64,000 nucleotides of DNA from Octopus sinensis. Lineage: Eukaryota. A program made the translations under genes and the position numbers. The stretch covers positions 51,584,001-51,648,000 of the forward strand of contig NC_043008.1 of the NCBI RefSeq assembly GCF_006345805.1, in the 5' to 3' direction. Positions 1 through 14,127 of this stretch are shown piece after piece (within the stretch, counting starts at the first letter, position 1; each line of letters begins with the position of its first letter). The notes below the pieces were generated by a model. It did not search any database. It worked only from the letters and a program-made list of their open reading frames with translations, and was not told the DNA's origin.

Positions 1-510
1 CCATAGACACTAATATAACAGAACAGAACAAAATAAAAGAGACAGTGTAGATAGCCAATGTAGACTTAAAAGGGAATATAATAGGAAAGAGACCCAACTG
101 TAGATATATTATATCTGCCAGTCTCCACCACTACTTCTGTTTTTATGATTTAGAATAGAGTGATATTTTCAAGTTGAATATACTAAGATGACAAGACCAG
201 GCTCCCTTCGTGCTGACATCATCTGTAGATTAATATAATTCCTTTAAGCTGTTTTAATTTTCTTAAACCATGAGTAAAGAATCTGAATGGCTCAGCTCCT
301 GTAAACATGGGCTTGTTTGATTATTTATAAAGCTTTCAATATTTGTAAAAACACTCCAGATGAAAAAGAGATAGAATTACTGCATAGATGGATAAATTAG
401 ATATTCCTTATCTATGTAATTACTGGATCAAGAACAAATTGTCACCTACCTAAACCCATGTAATTCCAGGACACATAATTTTGTTGTTTTTTCTTTTAAT
501 TTTGCTTTAG

Positions 511-604
511 GTCAAGCTGAAGAATATGGAAACTTCCAACACATATTCTTGTATTTATGTTCTTAAACAAAGTATTCCTTACCATGAGTGTTCATTGATA
601 AATA
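511..604 (+). CDS. Gene A exon (second half of extracellular repeat module; phase 0->1), VKLKNMETSNTYSCIYVLKQSIPYHECSLIN
   Basis: Acceptor ttttgctttag|, donor ata|gtaagt. 94 bp open in phase 0. Same length, phases and T/Y/C/V/K/C/N positions as exon 8077-8170. Confidence 0.8.
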
Positions 605-825
605 GTAAGTTGATAAAACATATTTCTTATATCACTTTATTAGAAATTAGGAAATAGTTCTGCTTTGCTGGCTTTTATCAGATGTTATTAAGAAGGAGAG
701 TGATCAAGGTGAATTCTAAATGACTCATGCTGCTGCATTGATATTACTATTAAGAGTTAAATCTTCCTATCACCCACACCAATTTCCAAAGCCATACTAC
801 ATTCATGGTAATATTTCCTTGGTAG

Positions 826-990
826 TATGTGGCAAGCTGGCAGAATTGGGCAAAATGCTTAGCAGCATTTTGTCTGTCATTATGTTCAGAGTTCAAATTC
901 TACCAAGGTTGACTTTGCCTTTCATCCTTTTGGAGTCAATAAAATAAGTACCTGTTGAGAACTGTAGGTCAATGTAATTGACTTATTTCC
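826..990 (+). mobile_element. Degenerate tRNA-derived SINE (same family as 54682-54920)
   Basis: gagttcaaattc B-box-like motif followed by the shared gactttgcctttcatcctttt..aaaataagtacc core. Confidence 0.65.
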
Positions 991-1027
991 TCTTCTGAAC
1001 TTGCTCTTGAAACCAATATTCCCTTGA

Positions 1028-1570
1028 TAGTGTGATAAAAATATTGCTTCCCAACTACATGATTCCAGGTCAATCCCACAGTATGGTTCCTTGGGCAAGT
1101 GTCTTCTACTATAACTCAGGCAGACCAAAGCCTTGTGAGTGGATTTGGTTGACACAAACTGAAAGAAGCCCATTTTGTAAAAATATATATATGTGTGCTA
1201 ACACGGAAAACGGATGTTAAACAATGATGATTATGATCATGATATATATATAAATATATCTAGTCCAATCCATGCTAACATGGAAAATGGACACTAAATG
1301 ATGATAATCATGATGTTGATCATATGTGTGTGTGTGTATGTGTGTGCACACGTGTGCACATCTGCTTCTTTTTGTTCCCCACCACTATTTGACAACTGAT
1401 GTCAGGGTGTTTACATTCCCGTGACTTAGCGGTTTGGCAAAAGAAACTTATCAAATCAGTACTAGGCTTTTAAAAAGTGAAGTACTGAAGATGATTCGTG
1501 CAACTAAAATTCTACAAGGTGTTGCCCCAGCATGGCCAAAGTCTAATGTCTGATACAAGTAAAAAATAGA
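1028..1570 (+). mobile_element. Bipartite SINE-like dispersed repeat (second family)
   Basis: The gcttcccaactacatg...gggcaagtgtcttctactata...aagccttgtgagtggatttgg block recurs at 13345-13745 (+), 26520-26610 (+) and ~63000-63405 (-). Confidence 0.6.
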
Positions 1571-2039
1571 AGATATAAATAGTATGAAAGATTGACATAT
1601 TTTACATCAGATTTGAAATGAAGGAACCAATTGTATGATGGTGGTGCTCATTTATGATCATTTCTCAGACAAGGAGACACAAGCACCCCTGCCACACTCA
1701 CACACACTCATATGACATCCTTCTTTCATTTTCTGTTTACTAAATCTACTCTCAAGTCTTTGTTGGTCAGAGATTATAGTAGAAGACATGTGCTTAAGGT
1801 GCCTTCCTCAAATCTGAACTTGGAATGCTTAAGTTCAAAAGTCAAAACTTCTGATGAATAATAATATTATATTAGGTAATATTGACCAACGCTATTCTGG
1901 TTACATCCCTGTGGCCAGAGTAGTGAGTTGGCAAATTGCCCCCAGAGCTGAAAGAAGCATGGCTAATGACAGCCATAATGTACAACATGAATGAAGAGGC
2001 CAAGTTACTGGAGGCCACAAGGACCCAAAGTATAAACTA

Positions 2040-2830
2040 CTGGGGATATGGGATTGAGTTAACCATCCAAGCAACAGTGGAAGACTTAAACTGAATTGTT
2101 GGAGAGATAGTGCAGCCCGATGACTTTAGATTGAGAGTGGTGGTGGAGGGCAGGCCACCTATATGTTTTACATGTGAGGAAAAAGACCACATGAAGGCAA
2201 GGTGTCCCCAAAGAGAACAACAAATAGAGCAGACGGAGAGGCAGGAGAGCACAGACCAGGTGGTACAGGTCGAGATAAAGGAGAAAGCAACGGAGGAGGA
2301 ATTCACAGTGGTAAAAAAAAAGTAAGAGAAATGCGAGAGTGAGCTCATCGCCATAGCAGCAGAAAAAGAAGTAGTGGGAAAGGAGGAGACCAAAAGGAAG
2401 GAAGACGAAATGGTGGTGGAAAGAGAAAGCAAAAAGAAATTTGAAAATGTGTTCGAGGAGGAACTGAATAAAGAAGAGACATTGGTGAAGACACCGGTTG
2501 TTCCCAGGGAGGGAGAAGATTTTGAAACGCAACTGCAGAGACCGAGGAGAGTGGATGGAGAAAAGAAGGTCCTAGGACTGGAATGGGAAAAGAGAAAACA
2601 AACAAGAAAAGGAAGATTTCGATTAAATTTTGTGACATTCGTGAAAAGCAAAGAAACTGAAAAGAAAGTTTTAAAATTTAAACATGTCATAAAAGTGAAA
2701 TTACCCACAGATGTGTATACCAAGAATGTGAAGCCCATCATGGTTGACAAAGACACAACAGACTAAAAGACATGTGTTGAAGCAGGATTGACCCGCCAGG
2801 AGTGTTGGTGGTGTTCGACGAATTGCCACC
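2040..2830 (+). mobile_element. Non-LTR retrotransposon ORF1 (gag-like) remnant with CCHC zinc knuckle
   Basis: CFTCEEKDHMKARC (C-x2-C-x4-H-x4-C) in ORF 2110..2325, then a charged low-complexity region; disrupted by stops. Confidence 0.65.
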
Positions 2831-3089
2831 AGTAGTGGAGCTAAAAGATTTAAAACCTTTCATGAGGCATTAAAAAGGAAAAAAAGTAAATTGTTTTGTT
2901 GCAAAAAAGGAAAAAAGTAAAATTGTTTCATTTAAAAAAAAAAAGAGGAAAAAACGATGATTAAGAAAAAACAATAAGAAAATAGAACGATTGTAAATAG
3001 TTTATATAAACGTTCAAATAGTACTGCATGGGAATGGGGCTCATGCAGCCATTTCATTTTTCATTTTCATATAACATCTCATTTTCATT

Positions 3090-4350
3090 TGTTTAATGTT
3101 TTTGTTTTTGTCCCCACAGTGGTGTTGTGTCTATCTTTGTAGTGTCCCCTCTGTGTTGTGGCCGTAGTGCCAAAATAAAGAAAGAGAGAGCATTTTGGTA
3201 GTCTTGCAAAGTATGTCATGTGAACACATTGATTAAACCTCCGCTAATTTATCTATACCAACCTGTGGTAGGATATAAAAGTGGCAAAGAGATATTTTAA
3301 GCTTGCGTAGAAAGTTTAATTTTTTTTATGAAACCAAGGAAAAAAGTCATTAACATGGAAAATTTGTTGGCTAATGTGGTGCAGCTGCAACAGCAACAAC
3401 AGCAGTTACAACAACAACTATAACAACAGCATCAATACCTGACAGCATAGAAACTTCAATTGGAGAATTTATTTATAACCCAGAAGAAAGTATTTTTCTT
3501 CATATTGTCAAAGATACAAAGAAATCTTCAAAGAAGAATGTAAGAATTATAATGACGAGAAGGTGCGACTACTTTAAAAAAAGTTATCGCCTGCTGAACA
3601 CAAAAAATATTGTAACTATATTCTGCCAAACAAATCAGGTAAGATTTGTTTCTATGAAACAGCTAATTTGTTAATGAGAATTATCTGTGAAAGAAGTTCC
3701 CTGTTCAATATTCATTAGCAATATTTAAATTTAGTTAAAAAATATGATGAAGATTTCGTCACCAATGTTGGGATCATTAAAAGAGTGTGAAAAATTCAAA
3801 TTAAATGAATTAATGCCAGATTTGTTCAAATGTCTAATTTTTGTTCAAGGGTTAACAGCAAGAAAAGATGCTGATATACGTTTCCGTATATTAACAAAAT
3901 TAGAACAGGACCAAAAATTAACTCTACAAGCAGTGGCTGAAGAATGCCAGAGGATTATCAATTTAAGGCATGGCGTAGATAAAATTGAAGAAAAAGATTG
4001 CTCTCAGATACATGTGTGTCATCCTGAAACAGATAAAAAAAGAAAAACGAACATCCAGGCCAAATCCATGCTATGGTTGCAGAGGTTTACGTTTTAAAAG
4101 TAATTGTCCTTTTAAAAATTGTAAATGTTTTGATTGTTGAAAAATCGGACATAAAAAGCTCCCACTGTATAGTGAAACAAGCAAAAATTCTAGAAAGAAT
4201 GGACTGTTAAATGAAATTCTAAGAGAGGCTCAGAAAAGAAAATTTGTGTCCATAAAAATGAATAATATGAATATCAAGTTACAATTGGATACAATTGGAT
4301 ACGGGTTATGATATCACGATAATCAATACAGATACATGGAGTAAAATAGG
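3090..4350 (+). mobile_element. Ty3/Gypsy-like LTR retrotransposon 5' remnant (LTR end, PBS-like TGG, gag, protease start)
   Basis: ...gagagca at 3192 followed by tggtagtc. Gag-like FKCLIFVQGL...LTLQAVAEECQRI, degenerate Cys knuckles ~4070-4165 and aspartyl-protease LQLDTG-DITII near 4280-4325. Many stops and frameshifts. Confidence 0.75.
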
Positions 4351-4611
4351 GAACACATTGATTAAACCTCCACTACATAATTTATCTATACCAACCTGTG
4401 GCAGGATATAAAATATCTCAACAGAAATATGGTAACAAAATGGTTAACAAAAAGGGAAGAAAATCAGTCATCTTCTCTTGAATAATAATTCAGATTTCAA
4501 AATGTCAAGTAATTCACGATTTTTTCACAGCACATTTCTTTTTTTTTTTATGTTTCACAAGTACTATACCATCTTTTTATTGCTTTTTTCATTTTCTTCT
4601 TTCATCTCTAG

Positions 4612-4844
4612 ATACTGTGTGGAAAATAGAACTAACCTTTCAATCGAAACTAATTGGAAATATAGAAGAAATGAAAATATTTTTTAGAATGACTGGTAGT
4701 GAAACAAACACTTTACAAGCTCTAACATTAAAAAAATTAGCTTATCTCCCCACATTTTCTGCTTTTATCAATATTGGAAATATAAGCATGGATGAAGTTG
4801 AAATATCCTTTGAAAATAATAACAAAGCTATTGACATATCTAAA
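4612..4844 (+). CDS. Gene A exon (first half of repeat module; phase 1->0), TVWKIELTFQSKLIG...NNNKAIDISK
   Basis: Long polypyrimidine tract ending catctctag|, donor aaa|gtaaga. 233 bp. Coincides with ORF 4617..4892. Phases match both neighbouring exons. Confidence 0.85.
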
Positions 4845-5184
4845 GTAAGAATTTTTACTTTTTTAAATTTCGTATTTCCTTTTTTATTTTAATTATTTAT
4901 TTACTTATTTATTGTAATCATTGCTATTATTAATGCTGTTGTTAAAGTCTTGATCAGCATTCACTGATAAAACCTAAGGGTCAAAGATATTCTAGGCATG
5001 GCCATCAAGTTGTTTTATGAGCTGCATAAACCTACAATCTTTATTCAGTCAGCCTTAAAGGAAATTTGGTACCTATTTCCAGCAAGTTGACTAATCCCAT
5101 ACAACCTTCCTTCATTCACTGGGGCTATTTTATATGTATCAATGTGTGTATGTTTCTGTGTGTGTGCATATAGATTAACAGATA

Positions 5185-5203
5185 GATAGACACACAGACA
5201 GAC

Positions 5204-5259
<56 letters not shown>

Positions 5260-5284
5260 GGATGGATGGATGGATGGATGGATG

Positions 5285-5366
<82 letters not shown>

Positions 5367-5400
5367 CAGCTAGATAGATAGATAGATAGATAGATAGATA
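5185..5400. repeat. (TAGA)n/(TGGA)n microsatellite
   Basis: Direct reading. Confidence 0.95.
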
Positions 5401-5744
5401 CACACACATATATAGGTTTCAAATGGAAAGAGGTTGCTCTTTCAACAGGGATGCATTTCATCCAAGCATACACTGGTTTAGCCCTATATCAATTAATTTC
5501 CCTGTAACTTGTTAATTTGTGTTAGTATTGGTGTTTATTGATGGTTCTTCTTCGACATCAGTACTTAACACTTATGAAGTTCCAGTTGCCATTATAGATG
5601 CTTTCATCTATCCAATACAGGAGAACAGAATTTTAAAAATATAATATAAAGAAAATGGAGAGTGTAAACACAGAAAAAATTAGTTTATTTACAAAATAGT
5701 CAATTTCATATCATCTATGCACGTTTCAATTCCTAACTTCATTT

Positions 5745-7610
5745 CATCATCATCATCATCATCGATTAACGTCCGTTTTCCATGCTGGCATGGGTTAGAC
5801 GGTTTCTCTGAGGTCTGGAGAACCAACGACTGCACCAGGCTCCAATCTAGTCAAGCAGAGTTTCTGCAGCTGTCCTTCCTAACGCCAACCACTCTGAGAC
5901 TGTAGTAGGTCCTTTTTATGTGCCACCAGCACAGGAGCTAGTCAGGAGGACCTGGCAACAATCATGTTTGGATGGTGCTTTTTACATGCCACCGGCACAG
6001 GAGCCAGTCAGTGGGTACTAGCATCGGCCATGTTCTGTTGGTGCTTTTTACGTGCTGTTGGCATGGGAGCCAGTCAGGCGGACCTGGCATTGACCACGTT
6101 CAGATGGTGCTTTTTATGTGCCACTAGCACAGGAGCCAGTCAGGGGGCACCGGCCCCAGCTATGATATTGGTTTTACTTGACTTAAGAGGTCTTCTCAAG
6201 CATATCATTTCACTCGATGCATCAGGAGTATTCTTAACAGGGATGGATGTGTGTGGTTGTGATCTCACTTTAGTTGCTGGGTTTTCTCAATCACAGCATA
6301 TCTACAAAGGTCCCGGTCTTCTGTCATTGCTTCTGTGAGGCCCAATGTTCAAAGGTCATTCTTCACCACCTCGTGCCATGTCATCATGGGTCTACCTCTT
6401 CCACAGGTTCCTTCTACAGTTAGGGAGTGGCACCTCCTCACACAGCTGTCTTCATTCATACGTAACATATCAGCATAGTCACCTCTCTTGCATACCACAT
6501 TTGATGCTTCTTATGCCCAACTTTTCTCTCAGGGTGCTTATACTTTGTCATGTATGCACACTGACACTACACATTCAGCAGATCATACTAGCTTCATTTC
6601 TTTCAAGCCTACGCATATCCTCAGTATTCATGGCCCATGTTTTACTGCCATGTAGCATGGCAGTTCGCACACATGCATCATACAGTCTACCTTTCACCCT
6701 GATTGAGAGGCCCTTAGTTGCTTGCAGAGGTAGGAGCTCCTTGAACTTTGCCCAAGCTATTCTTATTCTAGTCGCTACACTCTCAGAGTAACCACTCCCA
6801 CTACAGACTTGGTCGCCTAGGTAACAGAAACTATTAACTACTTCTAGTTTCTTCCCCTGTCACCACACACAAAATCTATTTTCCCAGTTAACCTTCCTTT
6901 GATATTACTGCATCTCATATGCATCCATAGCTAACATCTGGTACATCATATGGGGTTTCTACCCATGCCTTTTCTACAGATCATGCAGGGCCATCTTCCT
7001 GAAGCGGGTTGTGATTTTACAGCCTTCCTACTTACTAAGACTTTGGTTTTGGCTAGGTTAATCCTAAGGCCCTTTGATTCTAGACCTTGCTTCCACACCC
7101 TAAATTTCGTTTCCAGTTCTGTCAGTGACTCAGCTATTAGAGCAAGGTCATCAGCATTGGGGAGCTCCCAGGGGCAGCCTGTCTTGAATTCCTCTGTTAT
7201 TGCCTAGCGGACTATAATGAATAAGAGGACTGATCCTTGGTGAACCCCTACTTCTACCCAGAATTCTTCACTATACTCGTTGCCAACCCTCACCTTACTG
7301 ACAGCTTGTACAGCCCTTACTAGCCACTCACCTATCCCCAGTTTCTGCATTGACCACCAGATAAGGGATCGGGAGACCCTGTCAAAGGATTTCTCCAAGT
7401 CAACAAAAGCCAAGTACAAAGTGAGCTATGACCCTCTCTGTAACTTTCATCACCTGATCCAGTAATTTGATACCCCTGTAGTTATTTCTATCTGAAGCAT
7501 CACCTTTTCCCTTGTAGCAGTTGACTATGGTGCTGCTACACGAGTCATTGGGTATGACTCCTTCATGAACTACCTAATTTATGATGCAGGTGACAAGACC
7601 ATAACCCACA
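5745..7610 (-). mobile_element. 5'-truncated RTE-clade LINE (RT C-terminal part, 3'UTR, (GAT)n tail)
   Basis: LAFVDLEKSFDRV and GVHQGSVL RT motifs (ORF 7204..7419). Decayed RTE C-terminus at 6345-6790. The 3'UTR carries ~55-bp subrepeats and ends in (gat)n. Confidence 0.85.
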
Positions 7611-8076
7611 CTGCCTGATATCTAGATTTTACAATTAAATAGCATTATAAATATAAAGGGTAGAAATCAATATATTTAACTTCTACTTATTTAATTGAGA
7701 TAATTTCAATTTTTATTGTAATTTCTTATTTAATTAGATGTATTAATCTTATCTGTTGATAGTTTGGGTTAATATACATATATATATTTAGATACATTTT
7801 TATGTATTATAATGGGGGAACGATTTACTCTGTATCATATGGAGTTAGATTATTTTCAAATTGTGAATTACTCACACATGCACACAAACACACTAAAAGA
7901 CATTTTTTTCTGAGTTTATATTTCAAGCAAAAATTGACTGTCAGAATAGGTGAAAAATATTGATCATAATACACTCATAGAGGCAACAACTACCCTACTA
8001 TCAGTGTAGACATTTGTGTTAATTTAAAAATGTAATAAAACTTATCAGCTAACAATTTTCTTCTATAATTTTTCAG

Positions 8077-8170
8077 ATTGTCATGACAAGAATACTTACT
8101 GGAGAAGAATATGGTTGTGTTAACGTACACAAGACAAATTCTAATGAATATTCTTGTAAATTCCTAAACA
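8077..8170 (+). CDS. Gene A exon (second half of repeat module; phase 0->1), IVMTRILTGEEYGCVNVHKTNSNEYSCKFLN
   Basis: Acceptor tttttcag|, donor aca|gtaaga. 94 bp; homologous to 511-604. Confidence 0.85.
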
Positions 8171-8664
8171 GTAAGATTTCATTGAACACCTAAACCAAAC
8201 TCATGTAGTCTCTCTAATGGGTACAGCTATTACAAGGGAGTTAATTATTACAAGCAGAGTTAGAAATTTGAAATTAAAATTAAGGAAACTAAAAGAAAAG
8301 ATGCATAGAATTCACATATTTATTATTTTGTTTATTTAATACAAATTTCTTAAAATTTTGAGTCATTGGTAATCATGGATAGCACTATTACATTTCTTTG
8401 ATAAATAATCAGTATGGTATGATGTCACATAAAGAACTTACTCAAGAGAATCTTGGGATAGTTTCTGTATAATCAATGAAAACACTTAGCAAATATAATA
8501 GAGGTCTCTAGCAAGTCTCTTAATGAATTAAAGCTCCAAGTAAGGAGTTGATAATCTGTCAAATATTAGGGGTGAATTTTAAGTGAATATGAACCTATGG
8601 ATTCCATCTGTACTGTAAAACAAAAATAGAAGCAATGAATGTTTTACAAATCCACAGGTATTAT

Positions 8665-9400
8665 CATCATTTAATGTTTGTCTTCCATGCTGGCGTGGGT
8701 TGAACAGCTTGACAGGAGCTGGCTGGGTAAAAGGCTACACTAGGCTATTGTGACTGTGTGGCATAGGCATGGGTTTTATGGTTGGATGCCCTTCCTAACA
8801 CCAACTACCCCATAGAGTAGATTGAGTGCTTTTTATGTGACTCTAGCACAGGCAAGGTTAGTTTTGGCATGGCTTTTACAGCTGGATGCTCTTCTAAATG
8901 CCAACCACTTTACAGTGTGGACTGGATGCTTTTTACATGGCACCAGCACTGGCAGGGTCACCAAGTAACTTGCAAGACAAAGATCCTTTAAGAGTGGAGG
9001 CGCATTGGAGGAGGGGATCTTGAGCCAGATGATGAAAGGTTATAGTGTGACAGGGAGGCAGAAACAGGTGTCTTGCTATAGAGGAGGTACATAGTTACCT
9101 AGCCAAGAGAGAGAGAGAGAGTGTGAGAGACTGCAAGAGTGCAAGAAGATGATGCATAGGTCTTAGTGTATACACACACACACACACACACACACATGTA
9201 TCATCATCAACAGCAGCAGCAGCATCATAATCATCTTCATCATTTATCATCCACTGGCATGGGTTGGATGGTTTAACAGGATCTGATGGGACCAAGGACT
9301 CCAGTATCTTTTTTGGCATGGTTTCTATGGCTGGATATCTTTCTTAATGCCAACCACTTCACAATGCATAGTGATTGTTCTTTTTATGGTACCTGTGCTG
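8665..9400 (-). mobile_element. Two RTE 3'UTR-type fragments
   Basis: catcatcat-adjacent ccatgctggc(a/g)tgggtt...ggatgcccttcctaac blocks matching 5750-6200. Confidence 0.65.
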
Positions 9401-10499
9401 GTGGCAAACTTTGTGAAATTTGAAAGCAGGTGAAATTTCTCTAAGTTCATGTTAGACAGGATCAGATGCACTGGGGTATCAGCAGGATATGCAAGCAACT
9501 TGAAACAAAGCTCTAGAATACTGAGTCAGATTGTTAGAAGTAGCTATAAAGTTTTGCCATCTAAGCTAAGTAACATACAAAGAACTGAACCTACGCTAGT
9601 GTCATAAGAGCTAAGATTAGATGAGGGGGTCAAAGATATTTCAAGAACAGCTCTTTAAGCATTTAAGTACAACAATGTTCAGCTTAGGGCTGAAGCAAAA
9701 GACATCTGTCCAAAGTGCCACATGGTGAGATTGAACCTAATGTCATGATTCCAAACCAAACTTGTTAATGACACAGCCATGTCTGCATCTATTAATTAGA
9801 TCAATTAATATGTCATTATATTAATTGTATATCCATTTTGCATTAATGCCTATTTTACAACAGAAATTACTGTTGTCACACATTCTTGAATGACAGTTCA
9901 CTGTTAACACTTTTCTTACAATATTTTCATTAAAATTCACTACTTTGCTTTCAACTTATTTTGAAAATGAATTAATTAATGAATAATTTTATTGGAAGGT
10001 TTTAATTTAGATCACTTTAAAGCTGGAATTTTGAGTCACAGAATGAGGGGTGATATTAAGTTGGTATCAAAATAGTTCAGCAGGTAGTTGAAGTACACTG
10101 CTTTAGTTTTGTGAGTGAAGTGTACATATTAAGAGATTCAACAGACTGAAGCGATCAACAATCCCAACAAGTTCAGGTGGTTTGCTGCAATCTGAGCCAT
10201 TGAACACTTTACAGGTCTAAAAATATTTGTGTGTGTGAGTGTGTGTGAGTGTGTGAGTGTGTGTATGTGCATGTGTGAGTGCCTGTGTGCATGAGTGTGT
10301 GTGCGAGAGGAGAGGGAGAGTTAACAATTGCCTGGTAAGGAGGTAATCGATCTGGCTTATGTGCCCACCATACTGATAAGTGATTATGAAGAGGAAATGT
10401 GGGGAAGAGAAGAAAAACACTTTGGGAGAGAAGTGGGGAATGTAGATTGGTTTGCTGGAGTAGGGTGTGTGAAAGTTTTATTGCGGGACACAATGCTTC

Positions 10500-11560
10500 T
10501 AGAACTCAGGTTCGCTGACATGGGCAGGTCTTCTTTAGAACCTCATATCGCCAGACATCTGTGTCCAGTGTCATTTCCTCTGTGAATCCCAGCATCCTGA
10601 GATCAATCCTCACCACTTCATCTTATGTTTTACTGGGTCTCCCTTTTCCACAGGTGCCATCCACTTTCAGTGACTGGCACTTCTTTGTAAGGCTGTCTTC
10701 ATTCATACATATCACATGTCCAGACCAATGTAGTCTCTTGCATACTGTACTTGATTCCTCTTATGCCCAACTTTTCTCTCAATGTATTTGCAATTTGTCA
10801 TTCATGCACATCTGGTGGAACATACTTCTTTTGTTTCTCTCTAGTCTATGCATGTCCTCTACAATCAGAGCCCATGGAATGTAACTGTTCATACTCAAGC
10901 ATCATACAATCTACCTTTCACTTTCAGAGAGAGTCCTTTGTGTCCAACAGAGGTAGTAGCTCTCTGAACTTTCTCCATCCCATTCATATTCTAGAAACAA
11001 TACTTTCAGAGCATCCGTTCCCATTGTTGATTTGGTCACCTAAGTAACAGAAATTATCTACTACCTTGAGAGAGCCTCCTGAACATTTGAGAGAGACTGA
11101 ATTTGGTGTGCTCTTAGTGCTTATTGTTCCTGCACATCTGCCACACACAAAGTTGACCTTAGCAGTTAATCTACCCCTGATTCCACTGCATCTCTTATGT
11201 GTCCATAGTCTACTTCCTACTCCTTTCCTACAGATTACGCTGGGCCTTTTACCTGGTGGAATTAGAGGCTTATTTGCTTTCTTGCTAACAATACCTTTGA
11301 TCTTAGCTAGCTTGATTTTAAGGCCCTTTGTTCCAGGTTTTGCTCCCATACCTGGAATTTCTTCTCCATTTCTACTATGGATTCTGCAATAAGGGCGAGG
11401 TCATCAGCATAAAGTAGTTCCCATGGGGATCCAGTTATGGCCTGGAGGACTTTGATGAATAGGATTGGGCTGAGAACTGAACTTTGGCGAGCCTCTACTT
11501 GTACACTAAAGTCATCACTGTATTCATGGCCAACTCACACCTTATTGACAACATCACTGT
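10500..11560 (-). mobile_element. RTE-clade LINE fragment (RT C-terminal region)
   Basis: VVDNFCYLGDQI...GCSESIVSRI plus a Cys/His segment CRKGVG..WTHKRCSGI..CGRC (ORF 10984..11349). Similar to 6350-7300. Confidence 0.8.
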
Positions 11561-12707
11561 ACATGGCTTGTTGATATATATATATATATATATATTATTT
11601 TACACACACATAAATATGAACATGCATTTTATGTGGGACTAGCACCTGTAAAGGATAACAGCAAATTTACTTAACTTGATGTTTCACATCAAGTACAGCA
11701 AATCGCCACAATTCCTATTCCCTTGTCATTTCTTCAATGAGGTTCAGGATCTGAAGACCCTTTCTCACCACTTTTTCCCACGTCTTCATAGGTCTACTCC
11801 TCCTCCAGGTTCCCTCTACTATGAGCTCAGCACTTCTTAATGCAGCTGGCCTCATCCATATGCATCATGTGACTAACCAGCACAGTCTTCTCTTTTGCAT
11901 ACATCTGGTGCATTTTATACCCAGCTTTCTTCTTATACATTTCAGTTGTACTGAAGGATAAAGCTGGTTTGAGTTCCAATGTATGTGTGCGTGTAGATAA
12001 AGGAAGAAACAGAAAACCAGGAGGATTAGATGTGATGATTTATTCAAACCTTTGAAGAGCATTGACACGACAAAGCTGTTAAGATACATCTTGAAATATA
12101 GTATCAGCAAATATATACAATGAGTCTCATGCAGTTGGTACATGAAGTATATATCTATATATGTGTATGTGATGTAGAAAAAGAAAACAAATATGTGACA
12201 TGACTTCTGCCAGAAGACAAGAACAGATGTACATGTCAAAGAATACTTGTGGGAATAAACTAGCTGTTGACCCCTTGTGAGAAACCAATTGGTAAAATTG
12301 GCCATGATGGATAAATAATACTGTACTTTCATTAATACCATATATATATATATATATATATATATATGCTGTTTTGCAAACAACTTGCACATGCAAGTGC
12401 TACCAGTCAAAAGTTCTGCATACTGGAAGCCAGCAAGTGTGTGGGGTCATCAAAAGAGAATGTGTGCTGTTTCAGGGCTTACTTCTCAATGGCACCATTG
12501 CATCCTCACTGATATGAGGCACTCCGCTTACTAGATCAACTGATTATCAAATAAACCTCAATATTCTTCTTGCCAACGCTCATCATCTCTTTTTAACCAA
12601 ATCCAGTGGAGTTCAATGATAATATTCTCAGTTCAATGATAATGTTTTTATGTATTTCAGAGATATTTTTGTCAATTTGTAATTAAAATTTATTCTTCAC
12701 TTTCTAG

Positions 12708-12755
12708 AGAAAGAAGAACTGCAATCAAATGAATCATATCTCCTCATAAAAATAG
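12708..12755 (+). CDS. Gene A stalk exon (phase 1->1), KKEELQSNESYLLIKI
   Basis: Acceptor cttcactttctag|, donor tag|gtaatt. 48 bp, keeps frame, contains an NES sequon. Confidence 0.7.
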
Positions 12756-12781
12756 GTAATTATCTATTTCTTTCGTTAAAC

Positions 12782-12831
<50 letters not shown>

Positions 12832-14072
12832 GATTGACAGTTTGATAACAGCCCCAAAAATGTGTGAATGAGATTAACCCCTTTTGTTACTATATTTTTA
12901 TTCAATTATTCTTCATCTATTTTAATTAATTTTGAAAGTAAAGAAGAATTTAGAGTAATAAATTTATCATTAAGCTAGTATTTGGGAATTTAAAAACTGC
13001 AGCTAGAATGTCTGAATGAAAGACAAGGGAGTTAAGCGAGGTTTTCAAATTTAATACATTAACTTTCCCACCCCAAAATATTTAATTAACTCTTAAAATC
13101 ATATGGAAAATTTTCCAAGTCAAAAGCACAGTTTTCTAATGATTCTGAGATAAAACAAAGCTAAATGATAGAAGAAGGGATTAGGGTTTTCCCTCCTTAC
13201 ATCAGACAGTTCCCTACTGCCCTCCAAATGAATCTAAACAAAGTTTGTACATTTCCTTATGGTACTGGGTCATCGTACAGGTAGTTAAGAGATAAAATTA
13301 CACTGACTATGAAAAGAAAACTCATAAGTATGAAAAATCATTACGTGCAGGTGTGCTTGTTTGGTAAAAAGCTTGCTTCCCAACTACATGGTTCTGAGTT
13401 CAGTCCTACTTCATTGCACCATGAGCAAGTATCTTCTACTATAGCTTCAGGCTGACTAAAACCTTGTGAGTGGATTTGGTAAACAGAAACTAAAAAGCTT
13501 GTTATATATACATATATATGTATCACTGTGTGTCTTTGTGTCTGTTTCTCTCCTCTCTCACAGCTTGACAACTGGTGTTGATGCGTTTACGTCCCAGTAA
13601 CTTAGCAGTTTGGGAAAAGAGATTGATAGAATAAGTACCAAAATTTTAAAGAAAATACTGCAGTCAATTCATTCAACAAAAATTATTCAAGCCAGTGCCC
13701 CAGTATGGCCACAGTCTAATGACTGAAACAAGTAAAAGAAAAAAAAGACAATAATTAACAATAATCCTTGTCAAAAACTTCAACATTCAAACTATTTTAA
13801 AACAATGTAATTGTGCAGGAGGGAGTGTGTGCAGTCTGGTAAGAACAAATATTACTGTATTTTACTGGGGAGTTTTTTTAACAATCTTTATCTTGGAAGT
13901 GTCTTGATTCTGACACCAATTCTCACTTAAGCTAATAAATTTTCTTTTAATTACATTAGTAACTTTGAATGGAGAATTATTTGTTTTCAATTATTACATT
14001 AAGTATATTAGCAGAGACTTAAGCATACATAAAATATTGTTTGATTGAATATCTTATTCATTTTTTCTTTAG

Positions 14073-14127
14073 TTGTTGGTCCCCTTGTAGTCCTTATATT
14101 ATGCTTGATCATGATTTTCATTGTCAG
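14073..14127 (+). CDS. Gene A transmembrane exon (phase 1->2), VVGPLVVLILCLIMIFIVR
   Basis: Acceptor ttttttctttag|, donor cag|gtaaaa. Uninterrupted hydrophobic stretch. Exon and flanking intron are homologous to 63746-63788 (-). Confidence 0.88.

Noticed and set aside
2037-2756. 239-aa minus-strand ORF
   Set aside because: It is the antisense shadow of a purine-rich LINE ORF1 remnant on the plus strand.
5045-5473. This ORF and the many other YLSI/YIYI/HTHT/CVCV ORFs across the window
   Set aside because: They are microsatellite translations with no coding evidence.
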